The notes: a model not told the origin generated them from the letters alone. Counted from the stretch's first letter, positions 1-9,613 are shown. The stretch is 63,606 bases of DNA from Candidatus Cloacimonadota bacterium (GCA_029553545.1 JAKPKU010000016.1:1-63606); one strand, 5' to 3'. Numbers and translations: made by a program.

Positions 1-142
1 AGTAGGCATCTGGAGATTTAGGTGAAAATAGTTTTTGAAAAACTCCACTTTGTCCTGCCAATATATATAGAAGGGGTTGATTTAATTTATGAATCTGCTT
101 TATTCTTTTAAAAGCTATTTTGGTTACTATGCAACACCCTCA
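1..142 (+). repeat. Dispersed repeat R1, module A (cut by window edge)
   Basis: Colinear with 15181..15323: both begin AGTAGGCATCTG and share TGAAAATAGTTTT, ATATATATAG and TTACTATGCAA. This copy ends in CAACACCCTC (132..141). Confidence 0.85.
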
Positions 143-143
143 G

Positions 144-267
144 AGATGATTTTTTTTTACAAACAACTATTTTTAGTTGATACTGATTAATTACATTTCG
201 TCTCTCAGTTCTCAACTTTTAGTATTCCTCAAATCTGAATACCAGAATTATGCATTAATCAACTCCC
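144..267 (-). repeat. Dispersed repeat R1, module B (inverted copy)
   Basis: Reverse complement (GGGAGTTGATTAATGCATAATTCTGG...TCAACTAAAAATAGTTGTTTGTAAAAAAAAATCATCT) aligns with 15041..15166 (GAGGGTGTCGATTAATGTATAATTCAGG...TCAACTAAGGATAGTTGTTGGTGAAAAAAAATCACCT). Confidence 0.75.
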
Positions 268-380
268 TTTCAAATTGTATCAAATTACATTGTAAACACC
301 GAAGAGTGTTGGTTATTACATAAATTTGGTTTATATACTATAAGAGGGTGTTGAATTTTGTAAATATAAAAAGGCCAGGT

Positions 381-418
381 AAAAAAAGAGGGCAATCTCA
401 CATATTGAAATTACCCTC
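381..418 (-). terminator. Intrinsic terminator after trxB
   Basis: Minus strand GAGGGTAATTTCA-ATATG-TGAGATTGCCCTC followed by T7, 27 bp after the trxB stop. Confidence 0.85.
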
Positions 419-445
419 AAAGGATCTATGATTACTTAATTTTAT

Positions 446-1408
446 TTACAGTTTAGACAAATACTTATTAATTTTATATGCCACAAGAGCACCATCGCCG
501 ACAGCAGTGGCAACTTGCCTGAGCTCTTTCACGATTACATCGCCTGCAGCATAGACACCAGGAATGTCTGTTTGCAGTGAACAGTCGGTTTTGATATAGC
601 CTTTTTCAAGTTCGAGTTTGCCTTCGACTAGTTTCGTATTTGGTGTTGTGCCAACAAAGATAAACATGCCATCAGCTTCAATAGTTTCAGTATGTTTGTT
701 ACTTGAATCTTCAATTATGAACTTTTTATTGTTCATTTCGCTGAAGTCAATTGCCTTTACATTGCTATTGAGAACGACTTTTATTTTGGTTTCTGCTTGG
801 AGCTTTTCAAGGACAGGTGCTGCTGCAGTGAGATTTTCACCACTGTGGATAATAATTACTTCTCTGGCATATTTTGCTAAGAAGATTGCCTCTTTAACAG
901 CGGTATTACCCCCTCCGATAACTAATACCTTTTTGTTTGGATATAATGGACCGTCGCATGTAGCACAGTAGCTTATCCCTCTGCCAGTAAATTCACTTTC
1001 ATGTTTGATGCCTAATTTGCCACTCGAAGTACCAGTGGTGATGAGAATTGCTTTTGCCTTGTAGATATCATCGCCAACAGTCACCTCTTTGACTTCTTTT
1101 TGTAGGTCAAGTGAGTCGACAAATGCGTTTAGTGTCTTCAATCCGAATTTCTTTGCTTGTTCTTCCATGTCTTGTGCGAGCTTTTGCCCCAATACAGGTT
1201 CAGAAAAGCCAGGGTAATTCTCAATTGTTTCCATACCAGTTAATTGCCCACCAGAGATAAAGGATTTTTCTATCAATAATACATTTAATTTATAACGTGC
1301 AGCGTAAAGACCAGCGGTTAGCCCTGCTGGTCCACCACCCACGATAATCAAATCAAATGTTTGCGCTTTATCAATCTCCTGGGCGAGATTTAGATTTAAT
1401 TCAAACAT
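446..1408 (-). CDS. trxB: Thioredoxin-disulfide reductase
   Basis: GGGPAG FAD motif, active site CATC, GGGNTA NADPH motif, C-terminal AAGDV...RQVATAVGDG. Confidence 0.95.
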   Translation of the reverse strand: MFELNLNLAQEIDKAQTFDLIIVGGGPAGLTAGLYAARYKLNVLLIEKSFISGGQLTGMETIENYPGFSEPVLGQKLAQDMEEQAKKFGLKTLNAFVDSLDLQKEVKEVTVGDDIYKAKAILITTGTSSGKLGIKHESEFTGRGISYCATCDGPLYPNKKVLVIGGGNTAVKEAIFLAKYAREVIIIHSGENLTAAAPVLEKLQAETKIKVVLNSNVKAIDFSEMNNKKFIIEDSSNKHTETIEADGMFIFVGTTPNTKLVEGKLELEKGYIKTDCSLQTDIPGVYAAGDVIVKELRQVATAVGDGALVAYKINKYLSKL

Positions 1409-1422
1409 TTAGCACCTCCAAC

Positions 1423-2073
1423 TTATAATGATGCTTTGATTTTTTCAATAAGATATTCTTCAGGCGCAGCGCCTTCTAAGAACTCGGTTTCATTGACAAC
1501 GGTGCGTGGTACACCTTGAATATTATATTTTACAGCAAGAGGAGTAAACTCGGACGCCTCTACCATATCCGCTGTGATATATTCACTAAAATACGCCATC
1601 TGATGAGCCATAATGACAGCAGGTGGGCAGTACGGGCAGGTAGGAGTGACAAAAACTTGTAGGTGCACAGGCTTTTTGATATAGTTTAAAAAGTCTTGTG
1701 TAGACTTTTTTAATTGGTGAGCACCAGTAGATACGAGCGTGATAGCAGAGATCAAAGAAGTAAACTCGTAACCTGAGGGTATGCCAAAAAAGCGAATACC
1801 TCTGTCTTTTTCGTCCATTACAACTAATGCTGGGATTTTTGTAATATTATACTGATCGGCAATTTCTTTATCTCTTTGGAAGTCATAGACTTCAAGTTTG
1901 ATCTTATCGCTTGTTGCTGCAACTTCTTGAATTAGGTTGTGAGTATCTTTGCAAAAATTACATTCAATTTCTTGAGTGAAAAGCTTTAGATTAACATCTT
2001 TGTTTAATCCTTTGAAAACATCTTTTAACTGACTAACAATTTTTTCATCCAATAGTGACATAAATTCCTCCAT
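1423..2073 (-). CDS. Protein disulfide oxidoreductase (two thioredoxin folds, PDO / AhpF-N type)
   Basis: Two CxxC motifs (CNFC, CPYC), GIPSGYEF and GVP motifs; 14 bp upstream of trxB. Confidence 0.88.
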   Translation of the reverse strand: MEEFMSLLDEKIVSQLKDVFKGLNKDVNLKLFTQEIECNFCKDTHNLIQEVAATSDKIKLEVYDFQRDKEIADQYNITKIPALVVMDEKDRGIRFFGIPSGYEFTSLISAITLVSTGAHQLKKSTQDFLNYIKKPVHLQVFVTPTCPYCPPAVIMAHQMAYFSEYITADMVEASEFTPLAVKYNIQGVPRTVVNETEFLEGAAPEEYLIEKIKASL

Positions 2074-2186
2074 AATCTTTTATTGATAGTATAAAGAAGA
2101 ATGAAGAAAAAGCAATTAAAATTTTAAAAAGCTATATTTAAAGTGTATTAAATATAGCTTATTTGTTTGTGTTTAAGACGGTTAGA

Positions 2187-2456
2187 TTATTTGAAATAAA
2201 TAAGGTATGCACCTATAATGATTATTACACTGAGTATAATATTAATTGTTCTATTGATCATGATTTGTTTGTGCAAGTTTTCAAGTTCAATATTAATTTC
2301 TTTATGCTTTTTTTCAAGCCTAACAATCAGGTTTTCGATTACAGAGAGCTTTTCAGCTGTTTTATCGAACTCTTTAATCTTCTTATCATGTTCCTTGTTC
2401 TTTAGCCAAGTTTTAACAAAAGCACTCAATAATGGGATATATTTAATAAAATTCAT
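2187..2456 (-). CDS. Hypothetical coiled-coil protein with C-terminal membrane anchor
   Basis: GGAGG RBS before ATG at 2456 (track uses GTG 2462). Heptad-like charged middle and hydrophobic tail IILSVIIIIGAYLIYF. Confidence 0.7.
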   Translation of the reverse strand: MNFIKYIPLLSAFVKTWLKNKEHDKKIKEFDKTAEKLSVIENLIVRLEKKHKEINIELENLHKQIMINRTINIILSVIIIIGAYLIYFK

Positions 2457-2770
2457 TCTCACCCTCCATATAGTAATAAATCAAATAAAACATAAGTAAT
2501 TGTTTATGTCAAGAGAAAAAAAGGCAATTTTCATATTTTTTATAAAAAGGTAGGTAATTATATAATAATAATTTGCTTTATCTCATGATTATACGTATAA
2601 TATTGTTGTTTAAGAATAATATTCTTGACAAATTTAATTTAATAATTATTATGTAAATAATAGTCGTGTGTTTGAACTAAAAATTAGAAAGCCTGTACTT
2701 TTTAGGGAAAACAGTATAGGCAAAATTAGCAGAAGCTAATTGTCTTAATTACAGAATAGGAGGTCTTTGT

Positions 2771-3622
2771 ATGTTGGAAGGTTTTGTTACGAGTCAATAT
2801 ATCACACCAGAACGCATTGAGATAGCAATAAAATTCGTTTTAACACTAATAGTTGGATTCCCTTTAATCAAAATACTAACCAAAGTCGTCGTTAGAATGC
2901 TAAGTAAGCATCTAACAGCACAGAGTGAAATGATTTTTCGACGTATTGTATGGTACACTTTATTAGTGTTTTTACTGGTTACCGCATTAAATCAGCTAGG
3001 GTTTAAGCTTTCAGCTTTACTTGGTGCCGCTGGAATTTTTGGTGTTGCTATTGGTTTTGCATCACAAACGAGTTTTTCAAATCTGATAAGCGGCTTATTT
3101 ATGATAACAGAAAAGTCATTTTTAGTGGGAGATACAATTCAAATAGGCAATACCGTTGGTGTTGTATTATCAATTGATTTATTATCTGTAAAATTGCGCA
3201 CCTTTGACAATAGTTTTATTCGTATACCTAATGAGAATTTAATAAAATCTGAACTGATAAATATCAGCAGATATCCAATTAAAAGGTCTGATTTTGAAAT
3301 AGGGATTTCAGGCAAAACAGATATGCAAAAAGCTCAAGATATCGCCAGAGAAGTCATTAATCAAAACACACTTGCCTTGAAAGAGCCAGCACCATTTGTA
3401 GCGATTTCAGAGTTTACAGACAGCGCTGTTATTCTCAAAATAGGTGTGTGGGCTTCAAAAGAGAATATTTATGCATGTAGCGCAAAAGTAAAGATTGAGC
3501 TTTATGAGAGATTTAAACAAGAAAATATTGTAGTACCAATTCCACCCCGAGTTTATACCTTGACCGATAATGACAGAAAGTTTTTTTCCCAAATAATTAA
3601 CTCTACCAATAACCTTAAATAG
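2771..3622 (+). CDS. mscS: Small-conductance mechanosensitive channel (MscS family)
   Basis: TM3 motif LLGAAGIFGVAIGFASQ, NLISG, GDTIQIG, IPN; GGAGG RBS. Confidence 0.92.
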   Translation: MLEGFVTSQYITPERIEIAIKFVLTLIVGFPLIKILTKVVVRMLSKHLTAQSEMIFRRIVWYTLLVFLLVTALNQLGFKLSALLGAAGIFGVAIGFASQTSFSNLISGLFMITEKSFLVGDTIQIGNTVGVVLSIDLLSVKLRTFDNSFIRIPNENLIKSELINISRYPIKRSDFEIGISGKTDMQKAQDIAREVINQNTLALKEPAPFVAISEFTDSAVILKIGVWASKENIYACSAKVKIELYERFKQENIVVPIPPRVYTLTDNDRKFFSQIINSTNNLK

Positions 3623-3642
3623 TATTAACATGGAGATATACA

Positions 3643-4512
3643 ATGCCCAAAACTATTAACGAAATAAAAAGCGTTTTAGCTAAAATTGATAATTTACCAA
3701 CATTGCCCGTTGTCGCATCAGAGCTCTTAAGAATAATTGGCACGTCAAGTACCTCCATGAGCCAAATAAGCGAATTGATGAATAATGACCAATCAATTAC
3801 AGCAAGGGTCCTCAAGATAGCAAATTCTGCATATTATGGTATAAGAAACCGCGTTGACACTCTGAGAACCGCCCTTGTGATATTGGGAATTAATGAAATC
3901 AGCAATATCGTCGTTGGCGTATCTTTAATCAAAGTCTTTGATAGCGATGATGAAAAGCTATTCGATTATCAAGCTTTTTGGAAACATTCAATCTATACTG
4001 CACATTTAGCAAGATGGCTATCAAGAAAGATGGCAATACCATTTCATGGTGAAGAATTTACCGCTGGCTTATTGCATGATATTGGAAAGATAATTCTTGA
4101 TCAATATTTTCATAATGAGTTTGTTAGTATACGAAAATATATGGAGCTTTTTCCTCAAGATCAAGAGTATGAAATTGAACAAAAGATATTGGGAGCAACC
4201 CATATGGAGCTCGGTTATTGGCTCGCTGATCAATGGAAGATACCTACACATATACAATCTGCAATTCAGTTTCATCATAGACCAGAAAAGGCAACAGAGA
4301 ATATTGAACTATGCTGCCTGATTAATATAGTGAATACTATTTCAAACTACTATGTTAACCCTATTAGACATGAAAGAATCTATCGTGAAATACCATCTTC
4401 TTTTTCATGGGGCAAGCTAAATAAGCTAAAAAAACTTGATTTTGCTGATTTAGAAAGAGAAATTGAAGAAGAAATAGAGAAGGCAAACTCATTTGTTGAA
4501 CAAATGAATTAG
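3643..4512 (+). CDS. HDOD-domain protein
   Basis: LPTLP, DQSITARVLKIANSAYY, FWKHS, AGLLHDIGK, HMELG..LADQW motifs. Confidence 0.92.
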   Translation: MPKTINEIKSVLAKIDNLPTLPVVASELLRIIGTSSTSMSQISELMNNDQSITARVLKIANSAYYGIRNRVDTLRTALVILGINEISNIVVGVSLIKVFDSDDEKLFDYQAFWKHSIYTAHLARWLSRKMAIPFHGEEFTAGLLHDIGKIILDQYFHNEFVSIRKYMELFPQDQEYEIEQKILGATHMELGYWLADQWKIPTHIQSAIQFHHRPEKATENIELCCLINIVNTISNYYVNPIRHERIYREIPSSFSWGKLNKLKKLDFADLEREIEEEIEKANSFVEQMN

Positions 4513-4520
4513 AGAGGGAT

Positions 4521-5474
4521 ATGAAATATCAACATTTATTTGGTCCAGTTTTATCAAGACGACTTGGTTTGTCACTTGGTGTAGATTTAGTCCCATATAA
4601 AGTCTGCTCTTATGACTGTGTCTATTGTGAAGCTGGCAGTACAAACAATTTAACAAATGTGAGAAGCGAATATGTAAATACAGAAGATATTTTGACTGAG
4701 CTTGATCATTATTTGCCATCACAACCCAAACTCGATTATATTACATTTTCAGGGGCAGGAGAACCAACGCTTCATAAAGATATTGCCAAAATAGCAAAAC
4801 ATATCAAGGAAAAATACCCACAGTACCCACTTGCTCTTATCACTAATAGTAGTCTTGTTTTTGATGATCAAATGCGTGAAGATATGAAGGATGTAGATTT
4901 ATTACTTCCATCTTTAGATGCTGTGTCTGAAGAAGTTTTTAAAAAGATAAACCGCCCATATAATGCTCTTAAAGCATCTGAAATTGTAGAAGGATTGGTA
5001 AAGTTTAAACAGTCTTTTAAAGGGCAAATGCATTTAGAAATATTTATAATTGAAGGTGTAAATGATACAGAATCTGAGCTAAAACTTTTAAAAGAGGCAT
5101 GCACCCGTATTCAACCAGATAAAATTCAAATTAATACACTCGATAGACCAGGAACAGAAGAGTGGGTCGTAGCCAGCTCAAGAGAAAACCTTGAACGAAT
5201 AAAAGAGTATTTTAAACCACTTCCTGCTGAGATAATTGCTAAAATTAAAGTTACAAAAGAAGCACCCGCACAGATCCATACAGAACTCGAAGATATAGTT
5301 AATCTTATAAAAAGACGCCCATGCACACAAGATGAAATTATTAGGGTGATGAACCTTCATATAAATACTGTGTCAAAATACCTAAGATTCTTAATAGAAA
5401 ACAGTTATATCTTAGAAAAAAAAGAAAAAAGAGGAATCTTTTATCAAATTAAAAACCTCGAGGAGGACGAATGA
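4521..5474 (+). CDS. Radical SAM protein (COG0731-like) with C-terminal wHTH-like segment
   Basis: FGPVLSRRLGLSLG N-terminus, CxxxCxxC (CSYDCVYC), ITFSGAGEPTL. Confidence 0.88.
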   Translation: MKYQHLFGPVLSRRLGLSLGVDLVPYKVCSYDCVYCEAGSTNNLTNVRSEYVNTEDILTELDHYLPSQPKLDYITFSGAGEPTLHKDIAKIAKHIKEKYPQYPLALITNSSLVFDDQMREDMKDVDLLLPSLDAVSEEVFKKINRPYNALKASEIVEGLVKFKQSFKGQMHLEIFIIEGVNDTESELKLLKEACTRIQPDKIQINTLDRPGTEEWVVASSRENLERIKEYFKPLPAEIIAKIKVTKEAPAQIHTELEDIVNLIKRRPCTQDEIIRVMNLHINTVSKYLRFLIENSYILEKKEKRGIFYQIKNLEEDE

Positions 5475-6898
5475 GGAAGTTACAAATAATCAGTATTGTC
5501 GCTGCACTTTTACTTTGTGCATCATTATTAAGTGCTCAAGAGAGCATGAGTGGATCTGTAATTATCGGTGCAACTACAATCAACAACACAAACTACCAGC
5601 AAATTGGCTTTAGAGCAGATATTCCTATATGGAAGCTCGGGCTTGGACTTGATATTCAACTCTATATCGATGACCAAGGAAATGTGCGTGAAGAGGATTG
5701 GGATGAATTTCAAGATTATTTAGACAAAATCTACTATGTGCGCTGGGGTCATAAAGGCGATCCTTTTTATGTTAAGGTAGGTGGACTGGAAAATGCCTCT
5801 CTTGGTTATGGCATTATTTTGAATAATTATTCAAATATGGTGCAATATCCAACTTACAAGAGAATCGGTATGGAAAGTTCTCTAAAAATAGGAGACATTG
5901 GTGCAGAACTTTTTGTCAATAACTTCAAAGAAGCTTTAGCCGATAAACCTGGTATGGTTTTAGGCGCTCGAGCTACTTACGATTTGCCCTTTAAACTTGT
6001 AGCAGGTGCATCATTTGCCAGCGATTTTAATGAATATAATGGCTTATTCGACACTGATGGCGATGGCTATCCAGATGCTATCGACGCTTATCCAAATGAT
6101 AAGAGATTTGTTACTGATATTGATAAGTGGAGATATAATTTGCAGGGAGCTACAGATATTGAAAATACGATCGCTGTCTTGATTGCTAATGATATCATTG
6201 ATGGCACAGAAAGAGATAGCCTAAAAAAATATGGCGATATGAACTCGACAGCAACAGTGGTTGGTGTTGATTTAGGTTTGCCATTGATTCAAGGCGACTT
6301 GGTAGAGCTTGATATTTATACACAGGCTGCACAGATAATTGATCATGGTTTTGGCTTTACCTTGCCAGGTATTAGATTTAAATTAGGACCTGTGACCACC
6401 TATGCTGAATATCGCCATGCAAATGAAGAATTCCTTTTTGGTTATTTTAACCATACTTATGAAATTGAAAGAGCACGTACTTTTGGTAAAGATGTTATAA
6501 CCAAGAAAGAACTACTAAAGTCTGTTGAAGCTATGGATGGTTATTATGCTGGCATGAATGCAAACCTCTTCGACTGGGCATATTTCTTTATAGGATATCA
6601 GGACTTGAAAGGTGATAATATAAATGCGAAATCTCTAAATGGCGAGTTTGGAATAACAGCAGTCCCAAAATTGTCTATTGCTAAAGCATACTATGCGCAG
6701 AATAATGTTCATGATTTTACTGAATGGAAAACACCAAGCACAATCATGGGGTATGTCGTTGGTTATGAGATCTCCTCTGGAGTTTCAATGAATTTTGACA
6801 CACGCTTCACTTTTGAAGATAAAGATGGCAACGGTAAAATTAATGGAGATAATGAGACTAATAAGTCTATCAGTATTTATACTGAAATAAGGTTCTAA
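5471..6898 (+). CDS. Exported, probably outer-membrane beta-barrel protein of unknown function
   Basis: Signal peptide, alternating beta-strand pattern, DxDxDG Ca-binding-like loops (DTDGDGYPD, DKDGNG), C-terminal Phe (IYTEIRF). Confidence 0.65.
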   Translation: MRKLQIISIVAALLLCASLLSAQESMSGSVIIGATTINNTNYQQIGFRADIPIWKLGLGLDIQLYIDDQGNVREEDWDEFQDYLDKIYYVRWGHKGDPFYVKVGGLENASLGYGIILNNYSNMVQYPTYKRIGMESSLKIGDIGAELFVNNFKEALADKPGMVLGARATYDLPFKLVAGASFASDFNEYNGLFDTDGDGYPDAIDAYPNDKRFVTDIDKWRYNLQGATDIENTIAVLIANDIIDGTERDSLKKYGDMNSTATVVGVDLGLPLIQGDLVELDIYTQAAQIIDHGFGFTLPGIRFKLGPVTTYAEYRHANEEFLFGYFNHTYEIERARTFGKDVITKKELLKSVEAMDGYYAGMNANLFDWAYFFIGYQDLKGDNINAKSLNGEFGITAVPKLSIAKAYYAQNNVHDFTEWKTPSTIMGYVVGYEISSGVSMNFDTRFTFEDKDGNGKINGDNETNKSISIYTEIRF

Positions 6899-6901
6899 AA
6901 A

Positions 6902-8020
6902 ATGAAAAACACATATTTTGATAATGGAGCAACAAGTTTCCCCAAGCCAAAAGAGCTTGGGGATGCTATGCTTCATTTTGTGAATAATATCGGGAGAAAC
7001 TACGGCAGAACATATGGTGAGCTAAATCTAAATGTCGCCAAAACCGTGTTTGAAACACGCCAGCTAATTGCTGATTTGCTTCATGTAGACAGTGGAGATA
7101 ATGTATTTTTTACTCTAAATGCTACCTCTGCAATCAATACAATCTTGCACTCTTTTCTTAGAGAAGGTGACCATGTTGTAATCTCTCATTTGGAGCATCA
7201 TGCAGTGACCAGATGCTTGTGGCATTTAATTGAGACAAAAGGCATCAATGTAGAATTTTTAAATTCTCATGAAGATGGCACTCTTGATGTGGAGAGAATG
7301 AAAGAGCAAGTCAGAGATGACACACGATTGATGATCATTAATCACCAAAGCAATGTAAATGGGTTGATGCAAGATATAGGCGATGTGCGTAAGGCTTTCC
7401 CTCATACAAAAATAATGCTGGATGTAGCTCAATCAGCTGGGCAAAATGAGATACTTGGTAAAGAATGGGATATTGATTTTATCGCTTTTACCGCCCATAA
7501 AAGTCTCTATGGTCCTATGGGTATTGGTGGTTTTTACGCAAAAGACCCTGACCTAATTGAACCATTTGTTTATGGAGGAACGGGCAGCCTTTCTTCTCAG
7601 TATGAAATGCCAGAAATATATCCTGATCGCTTTGAAGCAGGTACACAGAATATGATAGCTATATATGGGTTGAATGCAAGCTTAAAACATCACCCCAAAA
7701 AGAGTTTTTCAATGAAACGCTTTATCAAACTCTTGGACGATTTATCTCATTCAGATAAGTTTAAAATGCTGAGAGCAAAGAATCCAGAAAAGCAGGGCTA
7801 TCTTTTTTCATTAGTCCATAATAGTATTGACCATGCAGATCTTGCACAAATGTTGTTTGATAAATACCAGATAGAGTGTAGAGTTGGACTTTTTTGTGCG
7901 CCATTAGCACATCAGTTTTTAGGATCTGAAAACACAGGGGCTATTCGTTTTTCAATTTCAAGTTTCCATACTGATGAAGATTTAGATTATCTATACGAGG
8001 CTATTACAAAAACCTTTTAG
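6902..8020 (+). CDS. Class V aminotransferase, cysteine desulfurase / selenocysteine lyase family
   Basis: YFDNGATS, SHLEHHAV, DVAQSAG, PLP lysine motif TAHKSLYGP, catalytic Cys in RVGLFCAP. Confidence 0.88.
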   Translation: MKNTYFDNGATSFPKPKELGDAMLHFVNNIGRNYGRTYGELNLNVAKTVFETRQLIADLLHVDSGDNVFFTLNATSAINTILHSFLREGDHVVISHLEHHAVTRCLWHLIETKGINVEFLNSHEDGTLDVERMKEQVRDDTRLMIINHQSNVNGLMQDIGDVRKAFPHTKIMLDVAQSAGQNEILGKEWDIDFIAFTAHKSLYGPMGIGGFYAKDPDLIEPFVYGGTGSLSSQYEMPEIYPDRFEAGTQNMIAIYGLNASLKHHPKKSFSMKRFIKLLDDLSHSDKFKMLRAKNPEKQGYLFSLVHNSIDHADLAQMLFDKYQIECRVGLFCAPLAHQFLGSENTGAIRFSISSFHTDEDLDYLYEAITKTF

Positions 8021-8022
8021 CT

Positions 8023-9135
8023 TTAGCCTTTCTTGTAAGCATCAAGTACCAGATTTACTGCAGCAGTAGGAGGTAGTTTGCCAGATAAGATCTCTCTGGT
8101 AATTGTCGGTAAACTATCTTTTACTGCTTTATTGTTGAAGAACTCATTGATAATGTATTCCTCCAACATAAAGTGAAGCCACTCAATCATTTGGTTTTGC
8201 CTTCTTTCTGTAAAGACACCACTCTCTTGAGTAATTGACTCAAACTTTTTGATGACATTCCAAATATTATCTATACCTGTCTTTTCTTTTGCTGAGCAGG
8301 TGAAGGCATTTGTCTTCCAGCCTGTTGTGGACTCTGCAAGATAGTGAAGTGCCATATTGTATTCGGCAGCCGCCGCTTTGGCTTTGATAATATTATCACC
8401 ATCAGCTTTATTGACAAGAATCGCATCAGCGATCTCAATAACGCCTTTCTTGATGCCTTGCAATTCATCGCCAGCACCTGAAATTAACACTAATAAAAAG
8501 AAATCGACCATTGAACGTACACTTATCTCATTTTGCCCAACACCCACTGTTTCTACAAGTATTACATCATAACCAGCGGCTTCGCAGAGTAGAATAGTCT
8601 CTCGTGTTTTGCGATTTACACCGCCGAGTGCACCAGATGAGGGCGAAGGGCGTATAAAAGAGTCTTCGCTTTTGGAAAGCTCTTCCATGCGTGTTTTATC
8701 GCCTAATATGCTACCTTTTGAGATCGTGCTGCTGGGATCAATAGCGAGCACGGCAACCTTAAAACCAAGAGAAATGAGATATAACCCAAAAGACTCAATA
8801 AATGTGCTTTTGCCAGCTCCAGGAACACCAGTGATGCCAATTCTAATTGATTTGCCTGTATGCGGTAAGACTCTTTTAATTATCTCTTGAGCCATCTCGA
8901 TATGCTGCATAGAATTGCTTTCGACAAGGGTTATTGCTCGAGCAAATATTGTTCTATTATGTGTCAAGATTCCATCGACATAGTCATCTATATCAAGCTT
9001 CTTGGCTTTTTGTATTGGCGTATGTGTCTTGTTTGTAGTATGTTTATCTGTCTTTTCTATCCCTGCTGATATTGTAGAAGCGAACTCACTTCCAGAGTCT
9101 TTTGGTGCCCATTCTGGTTTTTTCGTTTCTTTCAT
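8023..9135 (-). CDS. meaB: B12-mutase-associated GTPase MeaB/ArgK
   Basis: GITGVPGAGKST, AIDPSS, GDKTRM, ETVGVGQ, GDELQGIKKG, NKAD. Start moved to ATG 9135, which follows a GAGGT RBS. Confidence 0.93.
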   Translation of the reverse strand: MKETKKPEWAPKDSGSEFASTISAGIEKTDKHTTNKTHTPIQKAKKLDIDDYVDGILTHNRTIFARAITLVESNSMQHIEMAQEIIKRVLPHTGKSIRIGITGVPGAGKSTFIESFGLYLISLGFKVAVLAIDPSSTISKGSILGDKTRMEELSKSEDSFIRPSPSSGALGGVNRKTRETILLCEAAGYDVILVETVGVGQNEISVRSMVDFFLLVLISGAGDELQGIKKGVIEIADAILVNKADGDNIIKAKAAAAEYNMALHYLAESTTGWKTNAFTCSAKEKTGIDNIWNVIKKFESITQESGVFTERRQNQMIEWLHFMLEEYIINEFFNNKAVKDSLPTITREILSGKLPPTAAVNLVLDAYKKG

Positions 9136-9431
9136 TTTTACCTCAATCAAGGTTTATTGTAAGTAGAAATAGCTTACATTTTCAAAATAATATTTGCTGT
9201 TTAAATGTCAACAAAAATGCTGTTTTGTGCTATCTTTTGTTAAGTTGAAGATGATAAAAAGAGGGAGCTGCATAAAAAGATAAAACAACTTTTAAAAATC
9301 ACAGTTTGAAAATCACTTCATTTTCATATTAAAGAGGGTACAAAAAACATGCAAAAACATATTATCAAGTCTTTTTTCTCTTCTTTTCATTAATTAGCTA
9401 TTCTATTTTGTATATCACTATTTAACTTATA

Positions 9432-9522
9432 CATACCTATGCGACTACCCTTACATTCCCCTTGCTATCTTGGAGAATGAATAGTAATTTTATAGGAATC
9501 TAAAGGGAATGTAATGGAGATT
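9432..9522 (+). repeat. Dispersed structured repeat R2, copy 1
   Basis: Aligns with the reverse complement of 40661..40751; 28-bp identical core CATTCCCCTTGCTATCTTGGAGAATGAA; internal inverted repeat TTACATTCCC/GGGAATGTAA. Confidence 0.85.
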
Positions 9523-9613
9523 AATTGTAGATTTTTAAGGTATAGAAAATTTCTGTTTTCTTTTAGAAATGATGATTGTTAAATATGCAATTTGAAGATT
9601 TTGCAATAACATC

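Noticed and set aside
9136-9613. Cobalamin riboswitch upstream of meaB
   Set aside because: No B12-box (GCCACTG..GGGAAG) pattern on the minus strand; the only notable element is repeat R2.
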